Origin: Podarcis gaigeae
Taxonomy: Eukaryota
NCBI GenBank assembly: GCA_964106915.2
Contig: OZ066929.1
Length of the DNA: 64,000 bases
Reading direction: 5' to 3' (one strand)
Position 1 is the stretch's first letter; the number at the start of each line of letters is the position of its first letter. Both the position numbers and the translations under genes were made by a program. Below the pieces are notes generated by a model. The model was not told where the DNA came from, made no database searches, and was given only the letters and a program-made list of their open reading frames with translations. Positions 61,979 to 64,000 of this stretch are shown here, in pieces.

Positions 61979-62387
61979 TGTCAGGGAACTGCCATCGGAG
62001 AGTCAGGTGGTGGAAGGGCTCAAGGAGGTTAGGAGACCCTCGGATGCTGAGGAAGGAACCAGCAGGGGGAGAGAGAGAGTTTCCGCAGAAACTCAGTCGG
62101 AGGGATGGCTCCAAGATACTTCCAGTGAGAACAGCGGAGAGGTTTCAGGACCTCCGCTGGGGACGCCCACTCCGCGCAGGAAACTGTCACGCAGAGATTC
62201 CAAAAGGAGGGTTTCCGTTAAGGAACTCCTATGTTGGCGTAAATTCCGGAAGCGTCCACTGACAGATTCTGCCAGCGATTGAGGTAGCCATGCACCCATG
62301 GCTCCGCGGACGGGGAGAGTTTAGAAACTGATTGCAGGAGTTAAGAACTCAGCCATTTACGCACAAGCAGCCCCTTAACCCATCACA
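61979..62387 (+). mobile_element. Solo LTR (409 bp), CpG-rich and probably young
   Basis: TG...CA termini; perfect 5-bp TSD CTACC (61974-61978, 62388-62392). Confidence 0.85.
61980..62282 (+). other. ATG-less 100-codon open frame inside the LTR (putative C-terminus of an element ORF)
   Basis: Open from LTR nucleotide 2: VRELPSESQVVEGLKEVRRPSDAEE..GTPTPRRKLSRRDSKRR..RKFRKRPLTDSASD*. Confidence 0.55.
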
Positions 62388-63676
62388 CTACCTTTGTGGG
62401 GAACTACAGGCCCTTAAAGGGCCAACCCTCTAGCCTGAATCTGGGATCTTCTGTGCTCTGTAGGCTCCTGACTCATGCAGTCCCTGCACTATGGACTAGT
62501 GAGGCAATAGCAGAGGCACTTGGATCTGGGTAAAGACACCCATCATGATTATGGCTCTGGTTGTATGAGCTCTGGTGCTGTGTGATTTGGTTTAGTGGGC
62601 TCCTTGAGTTCAGTCGACCTTTAAAGACCATCAGAAGGCCCGAGGCCAGAAACCTGGCCCAGCTTCTCAGCCACTGATACTATAGTCTCCAACCAAGTTC
62701 CTTGGTCACTGCTGGGCTCTGTAAAGCAGAAAACTGGTACCTGTGGTTTCCTTGTCAATTAGGTTGCCTCAATGGCACAGTGAGTGAAGCATGATGGATG
62801 TAGGATTATTTTGTTTGAGGCCCATAGGTCCCTCTCTGCTATGGAAGAGAGAGAGAGAAAGAGAAGGCTTAACAAGGCATTTGTTTCTATAGCTCTGAAA
62901 TTATTATTTGAAGCACTATAGCCAACCTTGACCTTCAAACAAACATTGAGAACAGAGGCAGAGCCCAACAAGGAGTTGAACAGTGCAGTGATGTTTGCCA
63001 TGCTCTTGTTTGGAACATGCATACAACCATTTTACAAGCATGTGTCATTGTCAGGGGGGATGTCTTAAGGGAAGATCAGCAAACTAGCTCGTGTTGTTGT
63101 ACCGTACATGAGCTGTGAATGATGTTTTCCAGTTTTTATTATCCTAGCAAAATAATAGTAATTCTTTATTCATACTGCCCTCTATCAGAATGTTTTTCCC
63201 CAAATGTGGTTTATAAAAGAATAAAAATGCAACTATCACAGTCAAACGGATCAGCAGATACAGAACAGAAATTTGAGCAAAATTGCTCCCCAGAAATCCA
63301 ACCTCTTTACAGAGAGTGAATATCACTTCTCTTAATTCCCTCACAGGAGGATGGTGGTGGATAAATTCCCTAATGGTCTCTTAGCGGCAAGGCTCCCCAG
63401 GTGCAGCAACACTGTTTCTTCCTCCCCATCCCCTCCAGCCTGTTGGCACCCTAGCAACCATTTTGAATCCTCCACCATGACCCCAGCCCAATGTTCTTCT
63501 GATGCATTGTTGGGGGGAAATGGCATACTCCACACACAAAATGGAAAAGACTATTCTCTGCCCTCACAGGATTATTTTTAATTCTCTGATAGTAGATCCC
63601 ATTATTGTGGTTTGTATTTGCTTTGTCTCTGTTCTGATCCTGCTTTGTGTTTCATTGGATTCTAGTGTGTATTGTA

Positions 63677-64000
63677 CCGTATTTTTTGCCCTATAGGACG
63701 CACTTTTTCCTCTCCAAAAATGAAGGGGAAATGTGTGTGCATCCTATGGGGCGAATGCAGGCTTTCGCTGAAGCCTGGAGAGCGAGAGGGGTCAGTGCGC
63801 ACCAACCCCTCTCGCTCTCCAGGCTTCAGGAAGCTATCCTCAAGCCTTGCAAGCCCGGCAGGAGTTACCGCAGACTCACAAGGCTTGCGGGCAGCAGCCT
63901 GCAGCCCGAAGCAGGGGGCGCCCTCCAGAGGGCGCCCCGTGCTTCGCGCAGGTGTCCGCAAGCCTTGCGAGCCCGGTGGGAGTTGCCGCGGGCTTGTAAG
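63677..64000 (+). mobile_element. Tc1/mariner (Tc2-like) non-autonomous element with internal hairpin array; runs off the window end
   Basis: TA followed by CCGTATTTTTTGCCCTATAGGACGCAC; GC/CpG-rich palindromes inside. Confidence 0.8.

Noticed and set aside
1-64000. CRISPR arrays, operons or prokaryotic defence systems
   Set aside because: The sequence is eukaryotic repeat-rich DNA with no repeat-spacer arrays or gene-dense regions.

Overview
Non-coding vertebrate genomic DNA, almost certainly from a squamate and probably a lacertid lizard, judged from Sauria SINEs and the reptile CR1/L2/Penelope/MITE repertoire. I recognise no host protein-coding exon, tRNA, rRNA or miRNA gene; the ORF track is noise or TE remnants. 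The window looks like a large intron or gene desert: many transposon fossils, several repeat-free blocks that resemble conserved non-coding elements, and one 399-bp assembly gap (23892-24290). Target-site duplications could be read directly for about ten insertions. The most unusual signal is two solo LTRs with no similarity I could see at DNA level (61979-62387 +; 38949-40000 -). Both carry a reading frame of about 100-120 codons that begins at nucleotide 2 of the LTR without an initiator ATG. Both frames have an acidic segment followed by a [S/T]P-Arg-rich segment, suggesting an upstream retrotransposon ORF (possibly integrase) that reads into U3 and adds a targeting-type tail. Other points of interest are a foldback dimer of a Tigger-like MITE, a Tc2-like element built from serial GC-rich hairpins, foldback Penelope mini-insertions, and a hAT transposase remnant nested in an LTR. 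Repeat family names come from pattern recognition, not database searches.
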